NCBI GenBank assembly: GCA_021372775.1
Contig: JAJFTU010000022.1
Span: 1-24,347 of the forward strand
DNA from: a bacterium
GTDB taxonomy: Bacteria; Acidobacteriota; Polarisedimenticolia; J045
Length of the DNA: 24,347 nt
Reading direction: 5' to 3'
Positions 1 through 8,916 of this stretch are shown piece after piece; within the stretch, counting starts at the first letter, position 1, and each line of letters starts with the position of its first letter. The notes under the pieces were generated by a model. It was not told the DNA's origin. It made no database searches and saw only the letters and a program-made list of their open reading frames with translations. The translations under genes were made by a program, and so were the position numbers.

Positions 1-1
1 C

Positions 2-382
2 CACGGCGAGGCGCGGCGGGTCTCCGAGGTGATGGGGGAGATCGCGGCGGCGAGCGAGCAGCAGACGACGGGGATCGGCCAGGTCAACGTCGGCGTGGAG
101 CAGATGAACCAGATGACGCAGGCCTCGGCGGCGAACTCGGAAGAGTCGGCGTCGGTGGCCGAGGAACTGGCGGGGCAGGCCTCGGAGATGCACCGGCTGG
201 TGGAGATGTTCCGGCTGAGCGGCGCCGCGGCGCCGCTCCGGGCCTTCTCCTCGGCGCCGGCCGCGCCGCGGCCGTCGGCGCCGGCGCCGTTCCGCGCGGC
301 CTCGGCTTCGTCCGGACGCCGGCCGTCGCCCGAGGCGCTCATTCCGCTCGACGACGACGAGGAGCGCTTGAAGTCGTTCTGA
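2..382 (+). CDS. Methyl-accepting chemotaxis protein, C-terminal fragment. The 5' end lies before the window. It contains the distal part of the MCP signalling domain.
   Basis: The in-frame translation from nt 2 gives 'HGEARRVSEVMGEIAAASEQQTTGIGQVNVGVEQMNQMTQASAANSEESASVAEELAGQASEMHRLVEMFRL'. This matches the conserved C-arm of MCP signalling domains (EQ/EE methylation-type heptads and a terminal '...FRL'). A Pro/Ala/Ser-rich tail follows, with stop TGA at 380-382. Confidence 0.8.
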   Translation, partial: HGEARRVSEVMGEIAAASEQQTTGIGQVNVGVEQMNQMTQASAANSEESASVAEELAGQASEMHRLVEMFRLSGAAAPLRAFSSAPAAPRPSAPAPFRAASASSGRRPSPEALIPLDDDEERLKSF

Positions 383-458
383 GCCCGGTTTCGACGAGGG
401 GCGGCCGCCCGGACGCTCGGCCCGGCGGCCGCCCCCCGCGTTGCACGAGGGGACGCAT

Positions 459-3400
459 GTGACGCTCTACCGCAAGGCGCTGCTCAACCTCGCTGTGGTC
501 TTGGTCCTCGCCGCGGTCGCCGTCTGGGCGGTCGCGCAGTGGGTCGTCGTCCGCGGCTTCGACGAGATCGAATACGCCGACGCGGAGCAGCACCTTCAGC
601 GGGCGGTCGCGGCGCTCGAGAACCGCCTCGCCGACGCCGACCGCTTCGCCCGCGACTGGGGCTCTTGGGACGACGCCTACCGCTACGTCGAGGAGCGCGG
701 CAAGGAGTTCGAGCGGTCCAACCTCGACGGCGCCGCCCTCGTCGCCTCGGAGGTCGAGATCGTCGCCTTCTTCGACGCCAAGGGGAACTTCGTCGCCGGG
801 CGGCGGCGGAACGGACGGAACGACCCGTACGCGCCGCTGGAGCGGGCGTCGCTCGCCGATCTCGTCGGCCCGACGCTCGCCGGCGGACCGCCGGTCGCGC
901 GCAAGGGCGTGGCCCTCGCCGGCGGACGGCCGCTGCTCGTGGCGGCGCGGCCGATCCTCCCCAGCTCCGAGATCGGCGCGCCCAAGGGCTGGCTGGTGAT
1001 GGCGCGGCCGTTCGACCGGGAAACCGTCCACGGGTTGACGCGCGACCTGCTGCTCGACCTGCACGTCGAATCGCTCGACGCGCCGGACGCCGCCGTTCCG
1101 CGGGCCGCGCTCGGCCGCGGCGACAAGACGGCGGTCGAGGCGGCGAACGACGACGCGCTGCTCGTCCACGGGATCCTGAAGGACATCGAAGGGCGCCCCG
1201 CGCTGGCGCTGGGGGTGGAGATCGACCGGACGATCCACCGTCGCGGCGTCGCGACCGCGCGCTTGATGCTCGTCTCGCTGGCGCTGGTCGGCGCGCTGAT
1301 CGGGATCGTCGTGCTGCACCGGATCGCGGGGGAGGTCGCGCGGCGGGTCGAGACGATGGAGCGGCGGCTGGCGGCGATCGCCGCGGGCGGCGACTTCTCC
1401 GGCCGCCTCGACGTCGGCGGCGAGCGGGACGAACTCGACCATCTGGCCGAGGGCGTCAACGGAACGCTCGCCGCCCTGCAGCGGGCGCGCGACGCGCAGG
1501 CGGCCAACGAGCGCGCCTACCGGGAACTGGTCCAGACGGCGAGCCAGGCGATCATCATCGTCGAAGAGGGGAAGATCGTCTTCGCCAACGCCATGGCCGA
1601 GGAGATGGGGGGGATCCCCGCCGCGGAGCTCGTCGGCGCCTCGGCCTTCTCCCGCGTCCACCCGCAGGACCGCGGGATGGTGCAGGAGCGCTACGCGGCG
1701 CTCGTCGCCGGCCGGGGCTCGGCCGGGCCGCTGGAGTGCCGGCTGCTGGACGCATCGGGCACGGTGAAGTGGATCCACCTCACGTCGACTCCGGTCGCCT
1801 GGCGCGGCGCGCCGGCGATCTCCTGCATCGCCGTCGACGTCTCCGCCGAGCGGCGCGCGCAGGAGGACCTGTCGCGGGCGAAGGACGCCGCCGAGGCGGC
1901 GAGCCGGATGAAGTCGCTGTTCGTCTCCACCGTCTCGCACGAGATCCGCACGCCGCTCAACTGCATCGTCGGCTTCGCGGAGCTGGCCGCGCGCGCCTCG
2001 TCGCTGGAGGAGGCGCGCGGGACGTCGCGGACGATCCTCAAGGAGTCGGAGACGCTGCTCGCGCTGATCAACGGCCTGCTGGACCACGCGAAGATCGAGG
2101 CGGGCCGGATGGAGCTCGACCCGCGCGCGGCCGACCTCCGCGCCTGGCTGGCCGACATCGCCGCCGGGACGCGGACGCGCGCCGCGGCCAAGGGGCTCGA
2201 GTTCTGGATCGAGGTCGGGCCGAACGTGCCGCGCTTCGTCGTCTTCGACGCGCTGCGCCTGCGCCAGGTGCTGCAGAACCTGCTTTCCAACGCGCTCAAG
2301 TTCACGCGCGCCGGCTGGGTCGGGGTCTCGGTCGCCATCGTCGAGCGGACGCCGCGCGAGGTCTCGCTCCGCTTCGCCGTGCAGGACACGGGGATCGGCA
2401 TCCCGCGGAACAAGCAGGCGACGATCTTCGAGAGCTTCGCCCAGGCCGACGGCGGCACGACCCGCCGCTACGGCGGCACCGGCCTCGGCACGACGATCGC
2501 GCGGCGGCTGGTCGAACTGATGGGCGGGACGATGTCGCTGGAGAGCGAGGAGGGAAAGGGCAGCACCTTCTCCTTCGTCGTCTCCTTCCCGACCGCCGAG
2601 GCGGCGGCCGCGGAGGAGGAAGCGCCGGCGTCGGCCGCCGCGCCCGCGGGCGGGCGGCGCGGACGCGCGCTGCTGATCGAGGACTACGAGCCGAACCAGG
2701 AACTCGCCCGCGCCCACCTCGAGGCGGACGGGTGGACCGTGGACGCCGCCGACGGCGGCGCGATCGGGGTCGAGGCCGCCTGCGCGACGGCCTACGACCT
2801 GATCCTGATGGACGTCAGCATGCCGGACATGGACGGCTGCGAGGCGACCCGCCGGATCCGCCGCGAGGGGGCGTCGCGCGGCGCGCCGATCGTCGCCGTC
2901 ACCGCGCACGCCGGCGAGGACGTGCGCCGCCGCTGCCTCGCCGCGGGGATGAACGACATCATCGCGAAGCCGATCCGCCGCGATTCGTTCCTCGCGGCCT
3001 GCGCCCGCTGGGCGGGCGCGGCGGCCGCCTCCTCGCCGCGACTCTCGCCGTCGGCCCCCGCGGGGCGGACTTCCGCCTCCGCGACGCGGCCCGCGCCGTC
3101 GGCCGCCGGGGGGCCGACTTCCTCCCCGGCGCCGGCCGAGGATGCGCCGGCGGGCGGACCGCCCGCGGCGGGCGCGCCGGCCGGCGACGCGCCGCTGGCG
3201 TGGGACCGCGGCGTGTCGGAGTTCGGCGGCGACGAAGCGCTCTTCGCGCGGATCCTGCGGCAGTTCCTGACCCGCAGCGCCGACGACGTCGCCGCGATCG
3301 AGGCCTCCGCCGCGGCTGGGGACCGGGACGCGGCGCGGGCCGTCGCGCACCGGCTCCGCGGCGGGGCGCTGAACCTGGGGGCCGACGCGCTCGGCGAGGC

Positions 3401-3524
3401 GGCGCGCCTCGTCGAGGAAGCGGCGGACGATCCGTCGGCGTCTTTGCCGCCTCCGGCCGCGCGGCTGCGCGAGGAGCGCGGGCGGCTGTTGCATTGGGCG
3501 GAGGACCGCCTGCACCGGGGGTGA
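459..3524 (+). CDS. Hybrid sensor histidine kinase / response regulator with a C-terminal Hpt domain. Domain order: TM-sensor-TM-HAMP-PAS-HisKA-HATPase_c-REC-Ala/Pro linker-Hpt.
   Basis: The ORF-track frame is 441..3524. The TTG at 441 opens the ORF, but the GTG at 459 is preceded by GAGGGGA (446-452) and is the more likely start. Two hydrophobic segments (LLNLAVVLVLAAVAVWAV and LMLVSLALVGALIGIVVL) bracket an extracytoplasmic domain of about 230 aa. The H-box is 'STVSHEIRTPLN'. The G-boxes are 'GTGIGIPRNKQATIFESF' and 'GGTGLGTTIARRLVELMGG'. The receiver domain is 'LLIEDYEPNQ...LILMDVSMPDMDG...IVAVTAHA...DIIAKP'. The Hpt-like C-terminus is 'HRLRGGALNLGADALGEAARLVEE'. Third-position GC is high in this frame only. 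Confidence 0.85.
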   Translation: MTLYRKALLNLAVVLVLAAVAVWAVAQWVVVRGFDEIEYADAEQHLQRAVAALENRLADADRFARDWGSWDDAYRYVEERGKEFERSNLDGAALVASEVEIVAFFDAKGNFVAGRRRNGRNDPYAPLERASLADLVGPTLAGGPPVARKGVALAGGRPLLVAARPILPSSEIGAPKGWLVMARPFDRETVHGLTRDLLLDLHVESLDAPDAAVPRAALGRGDKTAVEAANDDALLVHGILKDIEGRPALALGVEIDRTIHRRGVATARLMLVSLALVGALIGIVVLHRIAGEVARRVETMERRLAAIAAGGDFSGRLDVGGERDELDHLAEGVNGTLAALQRARDAQAANERAYRELVQTASQAIIIVEEGKIVFANAMAEEMGGIPAAELVGASAFSRVHPQDRGMVQERYAALVAGRGSAGPLECRLLDASGTVKWIHLTSTPVAWRGAPAISCIAVDVSAERRAQEDLSRAKDAAEAASRMKSLFVSTVSHEIRTPLNCIVGFAELAARASSLEEARGTSRTILKESETLLALINGLLDHAKIEAGRMELDPRAADLRAWLADIAAGTRTRAAAKGLEFWIEVGPNVPRFVVFDALRLRQVLQNLLSNALKFTRAGWVGVSVAIVERTPREVSLRFAVQDTGIGIPRNKQATIFESFAQADGGTTRRYGGTGLGTTIARRLVELMGGTMSLESEEGKGSTFSFVVSFPTAEAAAAEEEAPASAAAPAGGRRGRALLIEDYEPNQELARAHLEADGWTVDAADGGAIGVEAACATAYDLILMDVSMPDMDGCEATRRIRREGASRGAPIVAVTAHAGEDVRRRCLAAGMNDIIAKPIRRDSFLAACARWAGAAAASSPRLSPSAPAGRTSASATRPAPSAAGGPTSSPAPAEDAPAGGPPAAGAPAGDAPLAWDRGVSEFGGDEALFARILRQFLTRSADDVAAIEASAAAGDRDAARAVAHRLRGGALNLGADALGEAARLVEEAADDPSASLPPPAARLREERGRLLHWAEDRLHRG

Positions 3525-3527
3525 ACG

Positions 3528-3926
3528 ATGCGGATTCTGGTCGTGGACGACGACTTCGTCGGCCGGGAGAAACTGAAGGCGATCCTCGCGCCGTACGGGG
3601 ACGTGGACGCCGTTCCGGACGGCGAGGTCGCGGTGCGGATGGTCGACGCCGCGCACCGCGACGGGGCGCCGTACCACCTGGCGACGATGGACGTGAACCT
3701 GCCCGGTCTCTCGGGCGCCGGCGCCGTGGCGCAGATCCGCGTGATCGAGAAGGCGAAGGGGATCGCGGAAGGCTGCGGGACGAAGGTGCTGATGATCTCG
3801 GCGCGCGCCGACAGCGGCGCCGTCCTCTCGTCGTTCCGCTTCGGCTGCGAGGGGTACCTCGTGAAGCCGGCGACTCCGGACAACGTCGGCGCCGCGCTGG
3901 AGAAGATGGGAATCGCGCGGGTTTGA
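3528..3926 (+). CDS. Single-domain response regulator (REC only, CheY-like, no output domain).
   Basis: 'MRILVVDDDFVGRE...LATMDVNLPGLSG...KVLMISARAD...EGYLVKP' carries the receiver-domain acidic pocket, the phospho-acceptor Asp in 'MDVNLPG', and the conserved S/T and K positions. The ATG lies 3 nt after the HK stop, so the two genes are translationally coupled. Confidence 0.8.
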   Translation: MRILVVDDDFVGREKLKAILAPYGDVDAVPDGEVAVRMVDAAHRDGAPYHLATMDVNLPGLSGAGAVAQIRVIEKAKGIAEGCGTKVLMISARADSGAVLSSFRFGCEGYLVKPATPDNVGAALEKMGIARV

Positions 3927-3955
3927 GCGCGCGCCGCGGCGCGTAGAATGGCGGC

Positions 3956-5704
3956 GTGACGAAGCCCGCGCGGCGGGCCGGCGCCCGCCTCGCTCCGGCC
4001 TTGTGGTTGACGGCGGACGCGGGTCTCGCGGCGCTCGTCGCGTGGCCGGCGGAGGCGCTGCTTCTCTTCCTGCTCAACCCCGACCTGCCGTTCACGCTCG
4101 GCGGCTTCGGCGCGACGATGATCGCGCTGCTGCCGCAGGCGCTGGCGATCTTCGTCCTCGCCGGGCCGCTCGCGGTGCTCTTCTTCACCACGCTGCGCGT
4201 GGGGCGGAACACGCGCCGCGGCCTGTCCGCGCGCTACGTCCTCCGCTTCGGCGCGCTCGACGCGGCGTTCCTCGCCTTCGCCGCGCTGCGGCAGTGGCAG
4301 TCGGTCGGGGAGCTGCTGCCCAGCCTCGCGCGGTCGGCCTTGGGGCTCGCCGGGACGTCCCTCGCCGTCTCGGCGGCGCTGGCGGCGGCGCTGGCCTTCG
4401 TGGACGGGCGGCGCCCGGGGTTCGTCGGCGTGCCGTGGATCCTCGCCCTCGGCGTGCTGGCGGTCATCCCGCTCGGCGTGGCCGGCGACATGCGCCGCGT
4501 GAAGCTTCCCGAGCCGCGTCCGGTCGAGGCGCCCGGGTTCGAGCCCTCGCGCCGCCTGCTGATCGTCGAGATCCCCGGCCTCGACCCCGACGACCTCGCC
4601 CAGTTCGTCGCCCGCGGCAACACCCCGGCGCTGGAGGCGCTGGCCGAGCGGGGCGCCTTCTTCAAGGTCGCCGGCGGGCCGGTCGTCGATCCGGTCGCGC
4701 TGCACGCGACGCTCGTCACCGGCCGCGACCCGCGCCGTCATCGGATCCTCGCCGGCGTGCGCTACAAGCCGGCGACGTGGGACATCGCCTTCGGCATCTT
4801 CCCGCGCGGCCTGCTGCTCCGCCCGCTGCTGCTGACGCCGTTCTGGGAGCGCGTGCCGGCGCCGGAGGGGGCGGTGCGCGCGGTGGCGCTGCCGGGGATC
4901 GCGCGGGCGCTCGGCCTCGAGGCGGCGGTCGTCGGCGATCCGCTCGGCTGGAAGGGGGACGCGGAGGCGCAGATGGTCGTGCCGCGCGCCGCGCTGCGGG
5001 CCGGCGCGGCGGTCCGCCTTCCCGGCGAGGACGCGCCGTTCGTCTGCCCGAGCCCGGCGCCGCCCGCCTTCAACCCGCCGGCCGACTCGCTGCGCTCGAC
5101 CCCCGCGCTGGCCGCGGAGCTGCGCGCGAACCTCGCCGAGGACGTCTGCGCGCTCGCCGCGGGGCGCCGCCTGCTCGCGCGGAGCGCCGCCCCCGCGATC
5201 ACCCTCGTCCGGCTCGCCGGATACGGCCGCACGGCGTGGCGCTTCGCGGGGTGGCGCGACGACCACCCGGCGCGCAACGCGACCGAGCAGGAGATCGCGG
5301 CCTACAAGTGGACCCTGACGCGCTACGTGCGCCTGCTCGATCCGGAGATCGGGCAGCTCGTCGACGCCGCGGGGCCGCAGGCGCTCGTGGCCGTCGTCGC
5401 GCCGCTCGGCGTCCGCCCGCGCCAGGACGTCGGCGCCGTCGGTTCCGCGCTCCTCGGCGCGACCAGCGCGACCGGCTCCTTCGCCGGCCCGCCCCCCGGC
5501 TTCGTCGTCGTCGCCGGCGAAGGCGCGCGCGCCGGCGAGCGGCTGCCGGACATCTATCCGCTGACGGCGGTGCTCCCGACGCTGCTGTGGGCGCAGGGCC
5601 TGCCCGCGGCGGAGGACATGGGGCCGATCGTGCGCGGCGCCTTCGCCCCCGCCTTCCTCGAAGCCCACCCCCTCGTCGCCCTCCCGTCCTACGACTCGCA
5701 GTAA
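3956..5704 (+). CDS. Polytopic membrane protein with an alkaline-phosphatase-superfamily domain (nucleotide pyrophosphatase / type I phosphodiesterase-like).
   Basis: GTG start at 3956. An upstream ATG at 3946 runs straight into a TGA. The N-terminal 190 aa hold about 5-6 hydrophobic helices. The downstream region has 'LLIVEIPGLDPDDLAQFVARGNTPALEALAERGAFFKV ... LHATLVTGRDPRRHRIL'. This resembles the NPP/PF01663 signatures 'DGfr...TPnLdrLa.eGv' and 'HytivTGlyPesHGI'. The position where NPP enzymes carry the Thr nucleophile ('PTkTFPNH') reads 'PVVDPVALHA' here, so catalytic competence is uncertain. Confidence 0.55.
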   Translation: MTKPARRAGARLAPALWLTADAGLAALVAWPAEALLLFLLNPDLPFTLGGFGATMIALLPQALAIFVLAGPLAVLFFTTLRVGRNTRRGLSARYVLRFGALDAAFLAFAALRQWQSVGELLPSLARSALGLAGTSLAVSAALAAALAFVDGRRPGFVGVPWILALGVLAVIPLGVAGDMRRVKLPEPRPVEAPGFEPSRRLLIVEIPGLDPDDLAQFVARGNTPALEALAERGAFFKVAGGPVVDPVALHATLVTGRDPRRHRILAGVRYKPATWDIAFGIFPRGLLLRPLLLTPFWERVPAPEGAVRAVALPGIARALGLEAAVVGDPLGWKGDAEAQMVVPRAALRAGAAVRLPGEDAPFVCPSPAPPAFNPPADSLRSTPALAAELRANLAEDVCALAAGRRLLARSAAPAITLVRLAGYGRTAWRFAGWRDDHPARNATEQEIAAYKWTLTRYVRLLDPEIGQLVDAAGPQALVAVVAPLGVRPRQDVGAVGSALLGATSATGSFAGPPPGFVVVAGEGARAGERLPDIYPLTAVLPTLLWAQGLPAAEDMGPIVRGAFAPAFLEAHPLVALPSYDSQ

Positions 5705-5707
5705 CCC

Positions 5708-5732
5708 CACAGTGACGCCGAGATTGTTGCGG
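5708..5732 (+). repeat. Left terminal inverted repeat of the IS (25 bp).
   Basis: CACAGTGACGCCGAGATTGTTGCGG. It matches the right end perfectly when reverse-complemented. Confidence 0.8.
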
Positions 5733-5832
5733 GCGGGGCGGCGGGGAGGGCCGTCCGCGGGCGGACGGGTGTCCGGACAGTCCGTCCGTCGGCGGACGCG
5801 GGACATCGTCGGGGGGCGGGGCGGCGGCGAGG

Positions 5833-7065
5833 ATGGGCCGCGCGCGCCGCTGTTTTCCGCGCGGCGGGGACGCGGCGCGGATCTTGCGTTCGGTTTCCGG
5901 CGTGGACCCCGACCGCCGCGCCGCCTCCGCCGTCTTCGACGGGCCGCCCCCCGGCGACCCGGCGTGGACGCCGTTCCACTGCCCGTGGGACGCCTGTCCC
6001 TCGCGCCGCGGGGCCCCGTTCCGCTGGCGCCGCCACGGCGCCTTCCGCCGCGCCGCCGCGCCCCGCCTCGTCCGGCGCTACCGCTGCCTCGCCTGCGGCC
6101 GCACCTTCTCCGACCAGACCTTCTCCGGCGCCTACTTCGCCAAGCGCCCGGAGATCCTCGCCCCGCTCGCCAACGCCCTCGTCAACGGCGCCGCCCTCCG
6201 CCAGGCCGCCCGCGGCCTCGCCTGCGCCCGCTCCACCGCCGTCCGCGCCGCCGACCGCCTCGGGCGTCTCGCCGCCCTCGCAACGGCCCGGCTCCTCGCG
6301 GGGCTCGCCGTCGCCGGGCCGGTGGCCCACGACGACTTCGTCACCTTCGCCCTCCGTCGCCCGCTCGCCGTCTTCCTCGGCACCGCCGTCGACCCGGCGA
6401 CCGACCTCGTCCTCGCCCTCTCCGCCGCCCCGGGGATCCAGGGCGGCCGCCGCACGCCGGCGCAGCGCCGCCGCCTCCCCGCGCTCCGTGCCGCCCTTCC
6501 GCGCGCCGCCCGCCGCCGCGCCTTCCGCGCCCTGCTCGAGGGGCTCCTCGACCGCCTCCCGCCCGGCGCGCGGCTGGAGCTCCGCACCGACGACGACCGG
6601 GTCTACCGCGACGTCGTCGACCGCGTCGGGGCGGGGCGGATCGACCACCGCGTCCATCCCGCCCCCCGCCGCGGGCGGGCCGACCCCGCCTACAACCGCG
6701 CCCTCGGCCCGGCCAACGCCCTGCACCGCTTCCTGCGCCACGCCGACGCCGAGCACCGCCGCCGGCCGCTCGCCTTCGCCCGCCGGGTCGCCTCCTGCGC
6801 CGGCCGCGCCGCCCTCTTCGCCTTCTGGCGCAGCTTCGTCCAGCGCCGCCGCGAGGGCCGCAACGGCGGCCCGACCCCGGCGATGCTCGCCGGCCTCGCC
6901 GACCGCCCGCTCTCCTGGGACGACCTCCTCGGCCGGCGCATCTTCCGCCGCGAGATCGCCCGCCTCCCCGACGTCGCCGCCCGCGTCCTCGCCCGCGCCT
7001 TCCCCACGCCCGGCGCGAAGGACTCCCCGCGCCTCTTCCCCACGCACTGGCTCGCCCTCGCCTGA
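5833..7065 (+). CDS. IS transposase with an N-terminal C2C2 zinc ribbon and a helix-turn-helix.
   Basis: 'HCPWDACPSRRG...(about 30 aa)...RYRCLACGRTFSDQTFSGAYFAKRPEIL' matches the transposase zinc-ribbon pattern (C-x-C...RY-C-x2-C-x-TFS) of IS1 InsA and of IS1595/ISXO2-type transposases. 'ALVNGAALRQAARGLACARSTAVRAADRL' is HTH-like, as in InsA '[25 protein letters not shown]'. Third-position G+C is extremely high in this frame. The start codon is uncertain: ATG 5833 directly abuts a GAGG. Confidence 0.65.
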   Translation: MGRARRCFPRGGDAARILRSVSGVDPDRRAASAVFDGPPPGDPAWTPFHCPWDACPSRRGAPFRWRRHGAFRRAAAPRLVRRYRCLACGRTFSDQTFSGAYFAKRPEILAPLANALVNGAALRQAARGLACARSTAVRAADRLGRLAALATARLLAGLAVAGPVAHDDFVTFALRRPLAVFLGTAVDPATDLVLALSAAPGIQGGRRTPAQRRRLPALRAALPRAARRRAFRALLEGLLDRLPPGARLELRTDDDRVYRDVVDRVGAGRIDHRVHPAPRRGRADPAYNRALGPANALHRFLRHADAEHRRRPLAFARRVASCAGRAALFAFWRSFVQRRREGRNGGPTPAMLAGLADRPLSWDDLLGRRIFRREIARLPDVAARVLARAFPTPGAKDSPRLFPTHWLALA

Positions 7066-7163
7066 GCCTCCCGGCGCTCCGCGCGCCGCTCCGCCCGCGG
7101 CGCCGCGCGCCCGGCCTCGGCGCCGAGGGGCGTCGTGTCCGCGACGCGCCCCCGCGCGTCGGG

Positions 7164-7188
7164 CCGCAACAATCTCGGCGTCACTGTG
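7164..7188 (-). repeat. Right terminal inverted repeat of the IS (25 bp).
   Basis: CCGCAACAATCTCGGCGTCACTGTG is the reverse complement of 5708-5732. The match breaks at the 26th base. Confidence 0.8.
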
Positions 7189-7191
7189 CGC

Positions 7192-7220
7192 GTTGACCGG
7201 GGGGCGGTTCGGTGCTACAA
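7192..7220 (+). promoter_or_regulatory. Candidate sigma70-type pyrR promoter: TTGACC, 17-nt spacer, TACAAC.
   Basis: TTGACC at 7192-7197 lies 3 bp outside the IS right end. TACAAC at 7215-7220 follows after 17 nt. The predicted leader is about 55 nt before the pyrR ATG. This is hexamer matching only, in a GC-rich genome whose promoter rules are unknown. Confidence 0.25.
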
Positions 7221-7282
7221 CGCGCCGGACCCGGCGGCGTCGCCGTCAGGCCGCAACAGTCCATCGGTTCCGCGGAGGATGC

Positions 7283-7968
<686 letters not shown>

Positions 7969-7972
<4 letters not shown>

Positions 7973-8916
7973 AGCTTCGCAGTCGTCACCTGCTGGGGAT
8001 CGCCGACCTCGAGCCGGACGAGATCCAGCTGATTCTCGACACGGCGGACACGTTCCTCGAAGTCTCGGGGCGGGAGATCAAGAAGGTCCCGACCCTGCGC
8101 GGCAAGACGGTCATCAACTTCTTCGTCGAGCCGTCCACCCGCACGAGGACCTCCTTCGAAGTCGCCGAAAAGCGGCTGTCCGCCGACACCTTCAACATCA
8201 CCGCCTCGGCCTCCTCGATCGTCAAGGGGGAGACCCTGGTGGACACGGCGCTGAACCTCGAGGCGATGAACCCCGACTTCATCGTCATGCGCCACTCCGA
8301 GCCCGGCTCGCACGCGATGCTGGCCCGGATCTGCAAGGCCTCGATCGTCAACGCCGGCGACGGCGCGCACGAGCACCCGACGCAGGCGCTGCTCGACGCG
8401 ATGACCATGCGGCAGAAGTTCGGCCGCCTCTCGGGGCTCAAGATCACGCTCCTCGGCGACATCCGCCACAGCCGCGTCGCGCGCTCCAACTTCCACCTGC
8501 TGGGGAAGATGGGCTCGAAGGTCACGGTCTGCGGCCCGCCGACGCTGATCCCGACGGGGATCGAGACGATGGGCGTCTCGGTCGAGCACGACGTGGAAAA
8601 GGCGGTCGCCGGCGCCGACGTCGTGATGGTGCTGCGGATGCAGCTGGAACGGATGAAGACCGGCTACGTGCCGACGCTGCGCGAGTACGCGAAGCTCTAC
8701 GCGCTGACGCCGGAGCGGATGGACAGGATGCATCCCGACGGGATCGTGATGCACCCCGGGCCGATGAACCGCGGCGTCGAAATCGACAGCGTCGTGGCCG
8801 ACGGTCCTCGTTCCGTGATTCTCACCCAGGTGGCCAACGGCGTCGCGGTGCGCATGGCGGTGCTGTACCTGTTGGCGGGAGGCGAGCGTGAAAACGCTGC
8901 TCATCAGGCGAGCTAG
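7969..8916 (+). CDS. pyrB: Aspartate carbamoyltransferase catalytic subunit.
   Basis: '...[20 protein letters not shown]...[10 protein letters not shown]...' carries the carbamoyl-phosphate-binding STRTR motif and the HPxQ motif. The product is 315 aa. The start overlaps the pyrR stop. Confidence 0.9.

Larger units (their letters stand above)
5708..7188 (+). mobile_element. Insertion sequence, 1,481 bp, bounded by perfect 25-bp terminal inverted repeats, carrying one transposase ORF. Family is IS1/IS1595-like from the N-terminal zinc ribbon and is uncertain.
   Basis: 5708-5732 'CACAGTGACGCCGAGATTGTTGCGG' is the exact reverse complement of 7164-7188 'CCGCAACAATCTCGGCGTCACTGTG'. A single 410-aa ORF fills the interior. 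Coding-strand composition and codon choice (GCC/CTC/CGC-rich) differ from the neighbouring genes. No flanking direct target duplication is visible: left flank ...GTAACCC, right flank CGCGTTG.... Confidence 0.75.

Noticed and set aside
339-3677. A 1,112-aa minus-strand ORF and a 1,135-aa plus-strand alternate-frame ORF (539-3946) overlapping the hybrid kinase gene. Similar giant Arg/Gly/Pro-rich ORFs occur at 2792-5806(-), 7600-10113(-), 12180-15272(-), 12383-18166(+), 17011-19167(-), 19238-21916(-) and 21621-24344(-).
   Set aside because: They are stop-codon-poor artefacts of about 73 % GC. The translations are Arg/Gly/Pro/Ala low-complexity and lack domain motifs. Third-position GC is not elevated in those frames. 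Each also overlaps a frame with clear conserved-domain content.
3927-3955. The GC palindrome GCGCCGCGGCGC after the RR gene as a possible terminator.
   Set aside because: There is no downstream T-tract. The next gene starts 29 bp later with operon-like spacing. Such palindromes are frequent at this GC content.
5708-5714. The IS termini begin CACAGTG, which is identical to the V(D)J RSS / Transib TIR heptamer.
   Set aside because: It is a 7-mer coincidence. The transposase is a zinc-ribbon + HTH bacterial type, not RAG/Transib-like.
5689-7196. ORFs 5712-7196(+) and 5689-7047(-), spanning the IS in other frames.
   Set aside because: Their translations are Pro/Arg-rich low complexity. The 5833-7065 frame has the zinc-ribbon and HTH motifs and the extreme GC3 signal, so it is the real gene.
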